DNA of 63,680 bases, filler included, from Globobulimina sp. (Eukaryota): the NCBI GenBank assembly GCA_003354225.1. It is 50 parts of 50 records of this genome, joined end to end, with 100 filler letters (N's around TTAATTAATTAA, not from the genome) between each part and the next. Parts side by side here need not be neighbours in the genome. Positions count along the whole stretch, not along the records: positions 25,526 to 26,701 come from PIVH01021645.1; positions 26,802 to 27,977 come from PIVH01021646.1; positions 28,078 to 29,253 come from PIVH01021647.1; positions 29,354 to 30,529 come from PIVH01021648.1; positions 30,630 to 31,805 come from PIVH01021649.1; positions 31,906 to 33,081 come from PIVH01021650.1; positions 33,182 to 34,357 come from PIVH01021651.1; positions 34,458 to 35,632 come from PIVH01021652.1; 42 more parts are not named here. The stretch is one strand, 5' to 3'. A model generated the notes under the pieces. The model saw only the letters and a list, made by a program, of their open reading frames with translations, made no database searches and was not told the DNA's origin. Below, one piece after another: positions 25,645 to 36,907 of the stretch. The position numbers were made by a program, and so were the translations under genes. Numbering within the stretch: the stretch's first letter is position 1; each line of letters opens with the position of its first letter.

Positions 25645-26133
25645 TCATCTTTCTTTCCTCATCATTTTTTTTGTGTCATAGACCAGGGCTTCATAATACT
25701 TGATGTTGACATATTTGCTGAGATTTGCGCGGAATATATTTCCTTTAAACTTATACAATTCTTTGGCGTAAAATGCTTTGATTAATGTTCTATGTCGCTG
25801 TTTAAATTGAACTCTAAGTTGTGATGCTAATTTCTTCGGTATATGTCCTTTTTTCTTGCCTCTGATCACAAAGGTAAATGATGGACGTTGTTCTGTATTG
25901 ATTATTGCATCCATATAAAGGGAAAAGCCTTTATATTGTAAGTCGTATTTTTCAAAGTTCAAGGTCCAATTTGTTAGATTGTGTTTGGTTTCATCTTCTT
26001 TGTTTTTGAATCTCGCGAAGAGGATATATTGAAACGCTCCGTTGTTGTGTGGGAGTTTTGAGGCTAATGTAAATTTTCCGTCAAATAGGTGTGTGTCGTT
26101 TTGTTTTATTATTGGTGTTGTTGTTTCTGCCAC
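25645..26133 (-). CDS. Hypothetical basic protein
   Basis: 162-aa intronless ORF; no recognised motif. Confidence 0.4.
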   Translation of the reverse strand: MAETTTPIIKQNDTHLFDGKFTLASKLPHNNGAFQYILFARFKNKEDETKHNLTNWTLNFEKYDLQYKGFSLYMDAIINTEQRPSFTFVIRGKKKGHIPKKLASQLRVQFKQRHRTLIKAFYAKELYKFKGNIFRANLSKYVNIKYYEALVYDTKKMMRKER

Positions 26134-26271
26134 TTCTTCGGTTTATTTCATCCCTTTCAGCCGGGGAATAATCAATTTCGTCAATTTTAATCTCAAATTC
26201 ATTGATGTTTACTCTTGTGATTGGGTGTGGGATTAATATTGGTAGGATTTCTGTATATATCTCAACAAAAA

Positions 26272-26701
26272 TTAGTTCCGCTGATAATTGATATCTGGGT
26301 CTGATAATACCCTCACTGCGGAAACATATAATTGTGGTATCCTTCCAAGGGTCAGTTGAAGATTTACTTTTTTTGACGTTACTGTTTTATGCCAGTGTTT
26401 TGCATGTACATATTCCATTAGTTTGCCGTTCCAGTTTATCTCATCAAATGTGCTGGGTACAAAGTATCCTGCTGCTAAATAGATGCCTTTCGTGAAGTTC
26501 TCCTCCCCTTGGCATTTCTCTCTGCCCATTTCCAGATCGTGGGCAAAACGCATTGATGATGGAGCCCAGCTGAGATACGGGAGGGGTTCTGCGAACGAGA
26601 TTCTATTTTCTCCCGGGTCCGCTTCAAAGATATTGATTAATTTCACTTCATTATTTGATTCATATTTCAATAACGGGAGTACTTGGAGGGCGTTCACCCT
26701 T
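26272..26701 (-). CDS. Hypothetical protein, 5' partial
   Basis: Open from the contig edge; globular composition. Confidence 0.4.
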
Positions 26702-27467
26702 NNNNNNNNNNNNNNNNNNNNNNNNNNNNNNNNNNNNNNNNNNNNTTAATTAATTAANNNNNNNNNNNNNNNNNNNNNNNNNNNNNNNNNNNNNNNNNNN
26801 NACCGCAGGCGAGGGTATCAGAATTTGGTATACCCGTATCATATTGGTTGAATGCGTCAGTTGGGGCATATGTGGAATACATTATTAATTTTGTTTTTGG
26901 GGTTGCAGTGGATTGTTCAACATACAGTTCAGCTAATGCTGACTATTAGGGTTACTCGAAAGTATTCCCTTATTTGTCTTTTCGCTAACCTGTATCTGTT
27001 GATGATTTTCTCAGTCAACTCCTAAAATTAACAACCATTTGTTGACTTTATAGAACTCATTTACGGTAACCTCAGAGCCCAGGACCTGAAAGTAGTGTCG
27101 ACCCTACCCTCATGCCATTTGCTCCTGTAGCCACCAACACTTTATGTATGTTATGTGCAGTGTGGACCCATGGAAGTGGTGTTGATAACACATCATTGCA
27201 TGTAGACTGTCAGCACTGATCAACAGTGTAACTAAAACTTCGGCACTACATTAATCAGTCCATTTATCTTGTTTTGTGTAAAACACCTATTTCTTTTAAA
27301 CTTTAATTTTAATTTTTTTTTAATCAAAATACAACAACAGAACAAACAACAACAAAAAATTGTTTATGTATTCAACTTTTTCATTTAATAAAAAAAAATC
27401 AAAGAAAAAATATAACATCTAATTAATAACTAAAAAAAAATATAAAATGTCCTAATGGTACTACATA

Positions 27468-27977
27468 TCAATTCTGTGGGTTGGGAGGTCCTCTACGACA
27501 TCCTCGTTCACGCTCAACTTGTTTGTGTCGGTTGTATTGTGGACTATTGTATTTGACTTCACATGGTCTCCCTCGTTTGCATTGATCGCAACATGGTTGT
27601 GAATAATCCATACATGTGGCCTGACGTTGGAATTCTGCAATTGATGTTGTTCCTTGTTCTTGAAGCTGTACATATTCTCTCTCTCTTTCGGCTCTTGTTG
27701 CCATTGCGGCGATGTACTGATCTATTGTGCCGCTTACTCTCTCTCCATTTGCTTTCGACCATGCTGCTGCTCCTTCTGGTGGTACAGCTTCTTCGTCTAA
27801 TCCAAGGGTAGCCAACCACTGTCCTCTGGTTGGTGTTGTCTGTTCTACACCTTCTGGTTCAGCCACCACTGCTAACATGTTGCCCAATGTTTGCAGATAG
27901 TAGTCTCTTGTCTCTGGTGTAAAATGAGGCCACTTACCTGGCAATACTAATGTCAATGCAGTCCCAGATGCTATTGT
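27468..27977 (-). CDS. Hypothetical protein C-terminus with Cys cluster, possibly from a transposable element
   Basis: Higher-GC open frame ending CCDQCKRGRPCE...; followed by a very T-rich tract. Confidence 0.4.
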   Translation of the reverse strand, partial: TIASGTALTLVLPGKWPHFTPETRDYYLQTLGNMLAVVAEPEGVEQTTPTRGQWLATLGLDEEAVPPEGAAAWSKANGERVSGTIDQYIAAMATRAEREREYVQLQEQGTTSIAEFQRQATCMDYSQPCCDQCKRGRPCEVKYNSPQYNRHKQVERERGCRRGPPNPQN

Positions 27978-28077
27978 NNNNNNNNNNNNNNNNNNNNNNN
28001 NNNNNNNNNNNNNNNNNNNNNTTAATTAATTAANNNNNNNNNNNNNNNNNNNNNNNNNNNNNNNNNNNNNNNNNNNN

Positions 28078-28292
28078 TCATCAAAATCAAGTAATTGAGA
28101 CTCCTGCGCATCAACATTCAGTTCCTCTTTCACGTCATCCGCGTCAAAGCCATTGTCATCGCAGTAGTTACTAAACAATGCATCGTAGTCTGCATCTAAC
28201 GAACGGTAATATCTTGCCACCGCCTCACATGTTTGATTGACCTTTTCTGGTGCCACCCCGCACGTTTGTTCGCGTTTTAGTGGTTTAGCCAT
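28078..28292 (-). CDS. Hypothetical protein N-terminus
   Basis: ATG-initiated ORF to the contig edge, LFSNYCDDNGFDADDVKEEL. Confidence 0.45.
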
Positions 28293-28447
28293 GACTAAAA
28301 CGATTTTTCTTCTATAATACTAGATATTTCACTAAAAAAGAACTCTGTTTCCTCTGATTTTACGTAAATCATCGAAACTAATATATCTTATTTTCAATTA
28401 TAAATTTATCATAATATATAACTTGAATTCGTCATCAAAACGAATAA

Positions 28448-29253
28448 TGTCCTCTCAACCCGTACCGTTCTCCCATTCAAATATAATCTATCTCGATTAT
28501 AATGCGACAACTCCCGTCGATAAAGCAGTTGCCAAAGCAATGTGGCCATATTTTACAAGTATGTTATCTGATAACAAACGAAAGACCAAAAATTATATAA
28601 ATTTCTCAACAAAAAATGCAAGATCATTTTGGCAATCCATCCAGCGCACATTTTTTTGGTCACCAACCCAAATTAGCATTATCATTGGCCCGTAAATCCG
28701 TTGCTAAATTAATAAACGTTGACGATGAAAAATCGGTAATCTTCACCTCCGGCAGCACAGAGGCCATCAACCACATTCTCCGCGTAGCTGCCTTCAAGCA
28801 GCGAGAGAAAGGATATGGTAATCATATAATAACCACACAAATTGAGCATCCCGCTGTGTTAGAAACGATGTCCTATCTCATCAAACATAACTTTACTGTG
28901 ACATATTTAAAACCGGACAAATATGGCATGATACAACCACGCGAATTGCAAAAAGCATTGACCACATCCACTATTTTGGTATCTGTGATGCACGCAAATA
29001 ACGAAATTGGTACAATAAATCCGATAAAAACATTATGTAACACGGCAAAAACGTATAATAAAAACATTTTATTTCATAGTGATACATCGCAGTCCATTGG
29101 TAAGATTGCGGTGTATCCAAAAGAATGGAAATTAGATTTTCTAGTCATTGCTGGCCATAAAATATACGCACCAAAAGGCATAGGGGCAATGTATGTGAAT
29201 CCAGAGGTGAGTAAAAAGTGTGGTATTTCTGGCGATAATCAAGACTATAATTT
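28448..29253 (+). CDS. Class V PLP enzyme: NifS-type cysteine desulfurase or selenocysteine lyase, spliced, 3' partial
   Basis: YLDYNATTP, FGNPSS, IFTSGSTEA, EHPAV, HANNEIG, GHKIYAPKG; intron 28559-28622 restores FTNHFGNPSS. Confidence 0.9.
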
Positions 29254-29353
29254 NNNNNNNNNNNNNNNNNNNNNNNNNNNNNNNNNNNNNNNNNNNNTTA
29301 ATTAATTAANNNNNNNNNNNNNNNNNNNNNNNNNNNNNNNNNNNNNNNNNNNN

Positions 29354-29710
29354 TGGGGGTATTTTTGATATTGGGATTGGGATTGGGTATTGGGTCACGA
29401 TAATTGGGTCACCCCAATATGTGTAAATTGGTTGAAAATGGGAAATTTTTGACAATTTACGACATCTTTTGCGTGAGAGTATCCGAATTTCATGACTTGA
29501 AAGTTAAGGAAATGCTCACAATCTGTAAACAATTGGCAAATAACATAAAAATAACGTTTTTGCTTCGCTATTACCATTTTACAGCTTCAAAATTGGCAAA
29601 AAATTGCATATTTTTGCCGAAAAAGAAAATATTGGGATTGGTATTGGGTTATTGGGGTCAAAGATATTGGGATTGGGTTATTGGGTAAATCCGATATTGA
29701 TTACACTCTA
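29354..29710 (-). mobile_element. Putative non-autonomous hAT-like element end with ATTGGG subterminal repeats
   Basis: Two clusters of ATTGGG-type repeats (29370-29410, 29630-29686) ending ...GATTACACTCTA (reverse complement TAGAGTG). Confidence 0.45.
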
Positions 29711-30283
29711 CTATGGCGTTCATGCGTTGTTGAATTTCGGGTAGTATTAGGTACAGTATTTCAACAAAGTTTATAAGCCCAAATTAGTCAAACATATTTA
29801 GGCTTGTACAAAACGGAATAAAAAAAGTTGCGTCAGTGCGCCAACAATTTTCATTGACGCATCAACGCACCAAACACTTACAATACATATTCTGGAATCT
29901 GAATCGGCGTTGACATCGATTTTCTCAAAAAGGAATGGCTGTGTTTTATCGTAACGGAATCCGACTTCGTCCATTGAAGCACAGGAGGCGGAGGGCCAAG
30001 TGCTTCGGAATCTGGAAATCGCAACACCACACTTGTCTCTTTATCGATTGGTTTCAATTCTGGTCTAAAATAGAGAATTAAATTTCCTTTATAGCATTAC
30101 AGTCGACAGCACATTACTAATAGAACTTTCGCTTTTGTTCTTGCCTGCTTTTAATGCAAACGACGCAAGAACGTACCATGGAAAGCACGCAATAAAATAA
30201 TTTTTTTAAATTTATTTGTAGAGCCGAAAGTTAAAGTTCTAAACTGTAGTATTAAAGTACTGTACTGTCATTAAAGCCAAATA

Positions 30284-30500
30284 CGATTCGGGAATCGGCG
30301 GACCAAACCGGACACCTATGTGGGGATCGTCAATGTGTCTAGTAGCCAAAAAAAGTCATAGAAATCCGTCCAATATTCAATGTTTTATACAGATTTAAGT
30401 TTTACTCATAGACCTCGCCGATTCGGGAATCGGTGGAAATCGGCGAACCAAAACCGACAAGTATGTTGACTTTGTCAATGTGTCAAGTCCCCCAAAACAA
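30284..30500. repeat. Diverged ~134-bp direct repeat
   Basis: CGATTCGGGAATCGG...GTCAATGTGTC at ~30285 and ~30419. Confidence 0.65.
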
Positions 30501-30629
30501 ATTTCAGCAAATCCTACCACTATTAGCGANNNNNNNNNNNNNNNNNNNNNNNNNNNNNNNNNNNNNNNNNNNNTTAATTAATTAANNNNNNNNNNNNNNN
30601 NNNNNNNNNNNNNNNNNNNNNNNNNNNNN

Positions 30630-31192
30630 GAAATGTCAAAAAAAGAAGTAAACTGAAAAACATTCCATCGTATCTAGCGCCAACAAGAAATTCAAGGGGA
30701 AGATTAAAAAAATCTCGGTTAACGAAAAAGAGTTTGAACACCAGATCGCGGTCAATATCAATCGACAGTGTTGATGTTAAAATGGAGGAAGAAAATGAGA
30801 ATGAGAATGATAATAATAATATGAATCTGAGCAGCATCAGTATAGATTCTGCGGTATCGACCATTCAAAATCGTAATAAGATTAAATTCAAACAAAAAAT
30901 AAAAACAAAAACTAAAACTAACACTAAAACACAAAATAAAGCAAAGCTGGTAATAAAAACAACTGCACCGTTTACTCCATCATCGGCTATTGAAGCGTTA
31001 CAAAGCAAAAGGGACACAGATGTGATAGCAAATAATAATAAAAAGAGTGGTGAGACCAACACCATTAATGATAATGGCAACAAATGCGGAGATAATAAAG
31101 ATGCGGATCAATCAAAGAGGAAAGCAAAGCATGTACCAATTACTGTCAGTTCGTTGCAATTGCAACGTGTCAAAAATAGTGCGTTTAAATAA
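30630..31192 (+). CDS. Low-complexity C-terminus of a eukaryotic protein
   Basis: Open frame from the contig edge, Lys/Asn/Ser-rich, followed by a T-rich 3' region. Confidence 0.5.
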
Positions 31193-31596
31193 AATGACAG
31201 ATATTTGGAAAACCACAGCAATTTCACATTTTTTTAGATTTAATGATTACTTTTGATTATATTTTTGTTTATTTTTCTTTTCACTTTTTTTGTTTGACTT
31301 TGTTTTGTATTACATTTTTTATTTAAATTGGGCTATTTTCAGAGATTTTTTACAATCGGTTATTATCGGTGTGTAATCCTGTAACTGAACCGCATATTCC
31401 ATACAATTAAAGCCAATGAACAAATGGAATGCATTTGAGAGAAGTTAATGTTTGCTAATGTTTTTTTTGGCGAGTTTTTGCTGCTCTGGTAAATGTGCAT
31501 GCACACTATATTATATATATTTATTGTGGGTGCAACAGCTGCCCCATGATAAATATAACTTGAATAAAAATATCATTAATTACCTGACAAAGAAAT

Positions 31597-31805
31597 ATGC
31601 CGCCAAAAAGAACTAGAAAGAAACCTGTAGTACAGGAAAAACGCAAACGTGGAAGGCCAGGGAAATCCAAAGACAAAATCAAGGGTGAAAAATTTCAAGA
31701 TAAGATGGTGATAAATTTATGGCGAACACGGGAGAAAATACCATTGGAAAAGGCACTGGCCAGAGCGTGTAGGAGCCGAAGGGAGGCGGGGAGGCATGGA
31801 CTATC
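31597..31805 (+). CDS. Basic N-terminus with an AT-hook-like motif, 3' partial
   Basis: MPPKRTRKK...KRKRGRPGK. Confidence 0.45.
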
Positions 31806-31905
31806 NNNNNNNNNNNNNNNNNNNNNNNNNNNNNNNNNNNNNNNNNNNNTTAATTAATTAANNNNNNNNNNNNNNNNNNNNNNNNNNNNNNNNNNNNNNN
31901 NNNNN

Positions 31906-33081
31906 CCATTCAAATCCAAATGAACATCATCACATTCGATGGTAATCCCCGCCCAAAAGCCCATAAAATACGGACCACTCAATTTTCCAATACCTTTATA
32001 ATAATCTGGATCATTACCAAGTCGTTCATCTGGCCACCACGCATTATAATTGTCATTCCCTTCTGTTGGCGCATTGAAATCAAAAATGATATCTTCCATT
32101 AATACATATTTGCCGGCCTCTGTTATGCGATATGTGCCATGCTCGAAATCAGATTGATATAAATAAGTTGGCTCAGTCTCTGCCTCTGCATCAATATCAA
32201 CATCAACATCAATAATATCACTTTCATCATCTTCTGTTTCGACGACAGCCATAACACTCATCTTACTTCCATCAAAATTTGCAGGCTTGACACACATACA
32301 AAAATTACCATTGGTTCCTAATGATGGTTTTCTTTTTGGCAATATCTCGTCCGTTGTGCAGGTGATATGATTCGAGCGTTTACATTCTGAGAATGCATTT
32401 GGTAAAATATGTGCAGCCGACGCTTCACGAATGGTAAAACCACAAAATCCATATCTCCAATCATCACTTTCTGCCACTTCGTCAATTACAGTCGTTTCAT
32501 CAATGTTATTTAGACCATTATATACTGTCTCAGACACCCAATATCCACTGTGTTCCTTCCCATCCGTACTACAGATATTACACTCATACGAATTATATTC
32601 CATATCGCAGGCAATCCGGCCAATTGGTAGTTGCGTGCAGCCATTGGCCACAGGCGTCATATAATAAGCAGACGACAATGGATACAAAGCATTTAATATA
32701 TGGTCTTCGTCACAAACACTACAATCTGGAGACACAACGAATGACTCAATTTCAATGTTCTCCAAACCAACAATCCACTCATTCCAATTAACGTGATCGT
32801 CCCTCTCCGGCCCCAACAAATAATTATGATACATACGTGTCGAGGATAAATATTGTAACCACGTGTCATCTCTGTCAATATCCACAATAAAATAAGAGTT
32901 GGATAAAATTCTGGTTACCGGTTCTAAACCATTGCCAAAATCAACTGTATACTCTGTCGCTGGCTCTGTGTTTGTCTCTGTTTCTGTTTCTAAATACTCG
33001 TTATTTGAGCCATAAATGACTTGCAAATCCGCATATAATTGTTCTTCAAACCCCACCTCTTTATAATTCATAAATGGCCCC
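31906..33081 (-). CDS. Partial large acidic protein entering a probable right-handed beta-helix domain
   Basis: Open across the contig; YLYQSDFEHGTYRITEAGKYVLMEDIIFDFN...GFWAGITIECDDVHLDLN. Confidence 0.6.
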
Positions 33082-33263
33082 NNNNNNNNNNNNNNNNNNN
33101 NNNNNNNNNNNNNNNNNNNNNNNNNTTAATTAATTAANNNNNNNNNNNNNNNNNNNNNNNNNNNNNNNNNNNNNNNNNNNNGCGCCAAAAAAGAATAAGG
33201 ATTGCATTTGTTTGTTTGTTTGTTCCTATTTTTGTTGAATATATATTTCAATAAATTGGTGAC

Positions 33264-33908
33264 TTGAATAACAAACAAAATTTTAAAAATGAGGGCCGGT
33301 ACGTGAAAAACTTCGATGCTGAAAAACTTCGAAGTATACAGCATGACTATGTTATGATGTTGTCATTATTCATTTTCGTATTTACGGATTTACCAAACAG
33401 ACAATATGCAAGAGAGAGTTTATTATTTATAATATTTATATTATTTGAATTGTTTTTGATATATTGGTTTATTGATAACGAATTATTTATACTAATCATA
33501 AAATGTTCAATGATATTATGTCTGTTATTAATACTAAAATTTAACCATTGTCCCTATAATAAATCAATTGCATTTTGCGGTTATTTTACGGATTCACTCG
33601 CTACAAAACACGCAGTGTCGGATCAATATCTGTTTTCAACAAAAACCAAAGCATATAATCATTATAAAAAATATGTAAAGCAGAATGAATGCGCAATATG
33701 TTTAGATGTATTTTATCCAAATAAACAAATATCAAAATTAAAATTATTGCATTGTGGACATTTATTTCATAAAATATGTATTAAAGAAAATGAAGGATAT
33801 ATTTGGAACAATAATAATACGTATTATCCACTCTCAATATGTCCACTTTGTCGAAATACCTATCATTCGAAATTTGAGAAATTTGAATTTAATCACAAAT
33901 ATTTATAA
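33264..33908 (+). CDS. Membrane-associated RING-H2 zinc-finger protein
   Basis: CAICLD...LHCGHLFHKICI...CPLCR after TM helices; start uncertain. Confidence 0.85.
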   Translation: MNNKQNFKNEGRYVKNFDAEKLRSIQHDYVMMLSLFIFVFTDLPNRQYARESLLFIIFILFELFLIYWFIDNELFILIIKCSMILCLLLILKFNHCPYNKSIAFCGYFTDSLATKHAVSDQYLFSTKTKAYNHYKKYVKQNECAICLDVFYPNKQISKLKLLHCGHLFHKICIKENEGYIWNNNNTYYPLSICPLCRNTYHSKFEKFEFNHKYL

Positions 33909-34597
33909 AATTGGTTTGGAGATTAGGTACATAGTACATACATATGTTCGTCAAGTCAAAATTATCAATAATAAAATGGATAAAATAACATTGACAGCTA
34001 CAATTTTTTTGTTTGGAAAAATTGCTTGCTTTTTCTTATTGTTTTCATTACAATGTATTTAAAATTCTAACACACATTATTTTAAACTCATTTGATTAGT
34101 CATCAAAATTGTTTTGATCGTTAACGTTAACTTAACATAGATATATTTTGAGAGTCTTGCAACAAAATTATTTTTGAACGTAAGGCAGTGTTCTGAAGTA
34201 AGCGTTATATATATTGATGGGAGATATTCTTTTAATTTACACAATTAAAAAATTAACAATAAGTACAATTACGACAGTAATCGGTAATACAAGCTCTACA
34301 ATTCCAAAAAGTGTCAAATATGTCTCTTTTAAACCAAATACAATCATAAAAACGAGGNNNNNNNNNNNNNNNNNNNNNNNNNNNNNNNNNNNNNNNNNNN
34401 NTTAATTAATTAANNNNNNNNNNNNNNNNNNNNNNNNNNNNNNNNNNNNNNNNNNNNGTCAAAATACGCGACCGTGAATGCCCAGGGACAATCCATTGTG
34501 TGTACCATTCAAATAGCTGCACGTGACATGGTATGGAAATAAGTTCCTTTCAGCCATTATGGTAATAATTTATCGATAAGAAATGAATTTTTTCAGG

Positions 34598-35583
34598 CTA
34601 TGTATCTGAGATTATCTGATGTGGACATTCATGGCTTGTTATTTGAACGACAAGATGTTGTTGCCCAGAGGATGCAAAATCTCAAAAAGGTTCTTGAAGA
34701 CAGGAAAATATTAAAGGTGTTCAGTAACGCACAATCGGACACTATTCCCCTGTTATGTCAAGCACAAATTGATGTTGTGGGATGGATCGAAATTAATAAG
34801 TTGGCCGAAGCTTTGGGATTTGGTGGTTATTTGGGTAGTAAAAGTAAGTAAATTATTACATTAAAATGTACCTGAGAGTTAATTAAGATCTTTACTGTAC
34901 CTCTCTTCATATTTGTCTCGTTAAGGGAAAATCTGAAAATGAAATTAGGTATAAAATGTATGTAACATACTGTTTGCTAAAAAGAATTTAATTTCAGGTG
35001 GTCAACCACGAGGACTAAAAGAATTGGGATATCGATTTGGAGTTGCAATGAAGAATTTCGATTTTGATGCCAATTTTGCTCATCCAGAGCCTACAGCAGA
35101 AATGGTTTGGTATGCGCTTCTTGACGCTGTCCTGGCATTAAATATTTCGGTTGTGTTGTTATGCAAGTTCACAAAGTAATGCAAGTGCTGTTTTTTGATT
35201 TATTCACAATAATTTCTTGAATTTTAGGTTGATTTGTCAGCGTGAATGGAAAGCAGTTTTGCTTAAGTTGTGCGATTTGGAGGTTGCTGTGCAACCAAAT
35301 AATTTTGAACTCCCATTGGAAGCCATGGATGCTATTCGGACAGAACAATATAGGGATTACAATGACCATAATATACAAAAAGTGATGATGAAAGCTAAAT
35401 TCCCTGTTATGGAAGTGGTGAGTAATAACTGTCTAATGGTCCATAATTGAAGAGTAATATAAATCGCATTTTAGCTGAAGAAAATCAATTTTCTCGCCTT
35501 CAATCATTTGTCCGGCGACTGCAGAACGAAATGGACAGGTCAAGTTCCATTGAATATATGAAATTTGGAAACATTATTCACGG
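34598..35583 (+). CDS. Partial multi-exon DEDDy 3'-5' exonuclease-like protein (WRN/EXD/Mut-7 type)
   Basis: LKKVLEDRKILKV, PRGLKELG, MVWYALLDA; introns GTAAGT..TTTCAG (~34844-34998), ~35167-35227, GTGAGT..TTTTAG. Confidence 0.6.
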
Positions 35584-35811
35584 GTATGTATTTTTTGATA
35601 TATAGTAGTTGGATATTAGTATAAACGCTTATNNNNNNNNNNNNNNNNNNNNNNNNNNNNNNNNNNNNNNNNNNNNTTAATTAATTAANNNNNNNNNNNN
35701 NNNNNNNNNNNNNNNNNNNNNNNNNNNNNNNNTGGAAGCAAGTTGTGTGAATTAAAATAGTTAAATTAAAATATTGTTTTTTTGGACTCAGTGTTTTTTT
35801 TTTAATTGGCC

Positions 35812-36734
35812 ATGGCTTCAAAAGCCAAGAATAAGAATAAGAAGAAAATGATAGTAACTGTTTCACAAGTAAGAAAACTCCACAATTCTGTTCCGCAAAA
35901 AATGTGCCCGCTTTTTATCACAGTAAGTGGTCATGGCACCGCCGCAAGTTTAGTCTGTTCTGATAATTCACAAATTAAATATAATATGATTAGGAAGCTA
36001 GCAATTCTCGAGAGATGAAGAGTTGGAGGCAATACCGAGAATATATTGCATTGACGCATGCCGTGTATTTGACGATGAGGTAAAACCGGGGAGAGGTGCA
36101 CAGAGCGGTGCTTTTAGTGTGACAATAATGGGAAATACAGAAGGTGAGATAGTTCGCGGTGGCAAAGTTTCACAATTTATGATGAAACATTTTCAAAAAG
36201 CAAAATTCGGCAGAAAATTGATGAATTTTCAACAAATATTAGGAAACGCTCAACGAGATATGAAAAGTGATAAATCGACTGATCAAGTTTTAATTTTAAC
36301 AGAATATGATATGGGAATTAATAACGTTGTATTTGAACAGAACTCAGGTGACAGAGGAAGTAATTCAAGTAAATATGACAATGAATATTTAAATGAAACA
36401 TGGACTGTAATGATAACAATAAATGGAAATCAAACCCAATATAAAGACACAAAAATTGTACCAAATTATAAAGAGAAACGAGTGATATTTAAATATAATA
36501 ATAATAGCAAACAATTGAATTTAAGAAGATACATTTCATTTTATTAGAGATGCGAAAACATTAACGGTGTTTATGCGCGATGGGAGTCAGAAGAGAAATA
36601 TCGAGATTAAATGTGGTAATCTTAAAGAGACCTTCACTGATCATCACAAACATGGACCAAATTATTCACATGATGAACATGCAGCAGATTGCGATCATAA
36701 AAACCATAAAAAATGTAACCACGGCCATGAATAG
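35812..36734 (+). pseudogene. Caspase-like (C14, clan CD) protease gene with two frameshifts
   Basis: FITVSGHG (35932) and IPRIYCIDACR (36053) in different frames; second shift near 36527 into a His-rich tail. Confidence 0.75.
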
Positions 36735-36907
36735 TAACATGCGCTAGGATTAACATGCACTAGAAACACGCGCTAGGATTAACATACGTTAGTAATAACA
36801 TGCGCCAGTAATAACATGCGCCAGTAATAACATGCGCCAGTAATAACATGCGCCAGTAATAACATGCGCCAGTAATAACATGCGCCAGTAATAACATGCG
36901 CCAGTAA
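36733..36907. repeat. 16-bp tandem repeat AGTAATAACATGCGCC
   Basis: About 7 perfect copies at 36791-36907 preceded by degenerate copies; runs off the contig end. Confidence 0.95.

Noticed and set aside
36733-36907. 16-bp repeat as a CRISPR array or telomere
   Set aside because: No unique spacers and no cas genes; not G-strand biased; simple minisatellite
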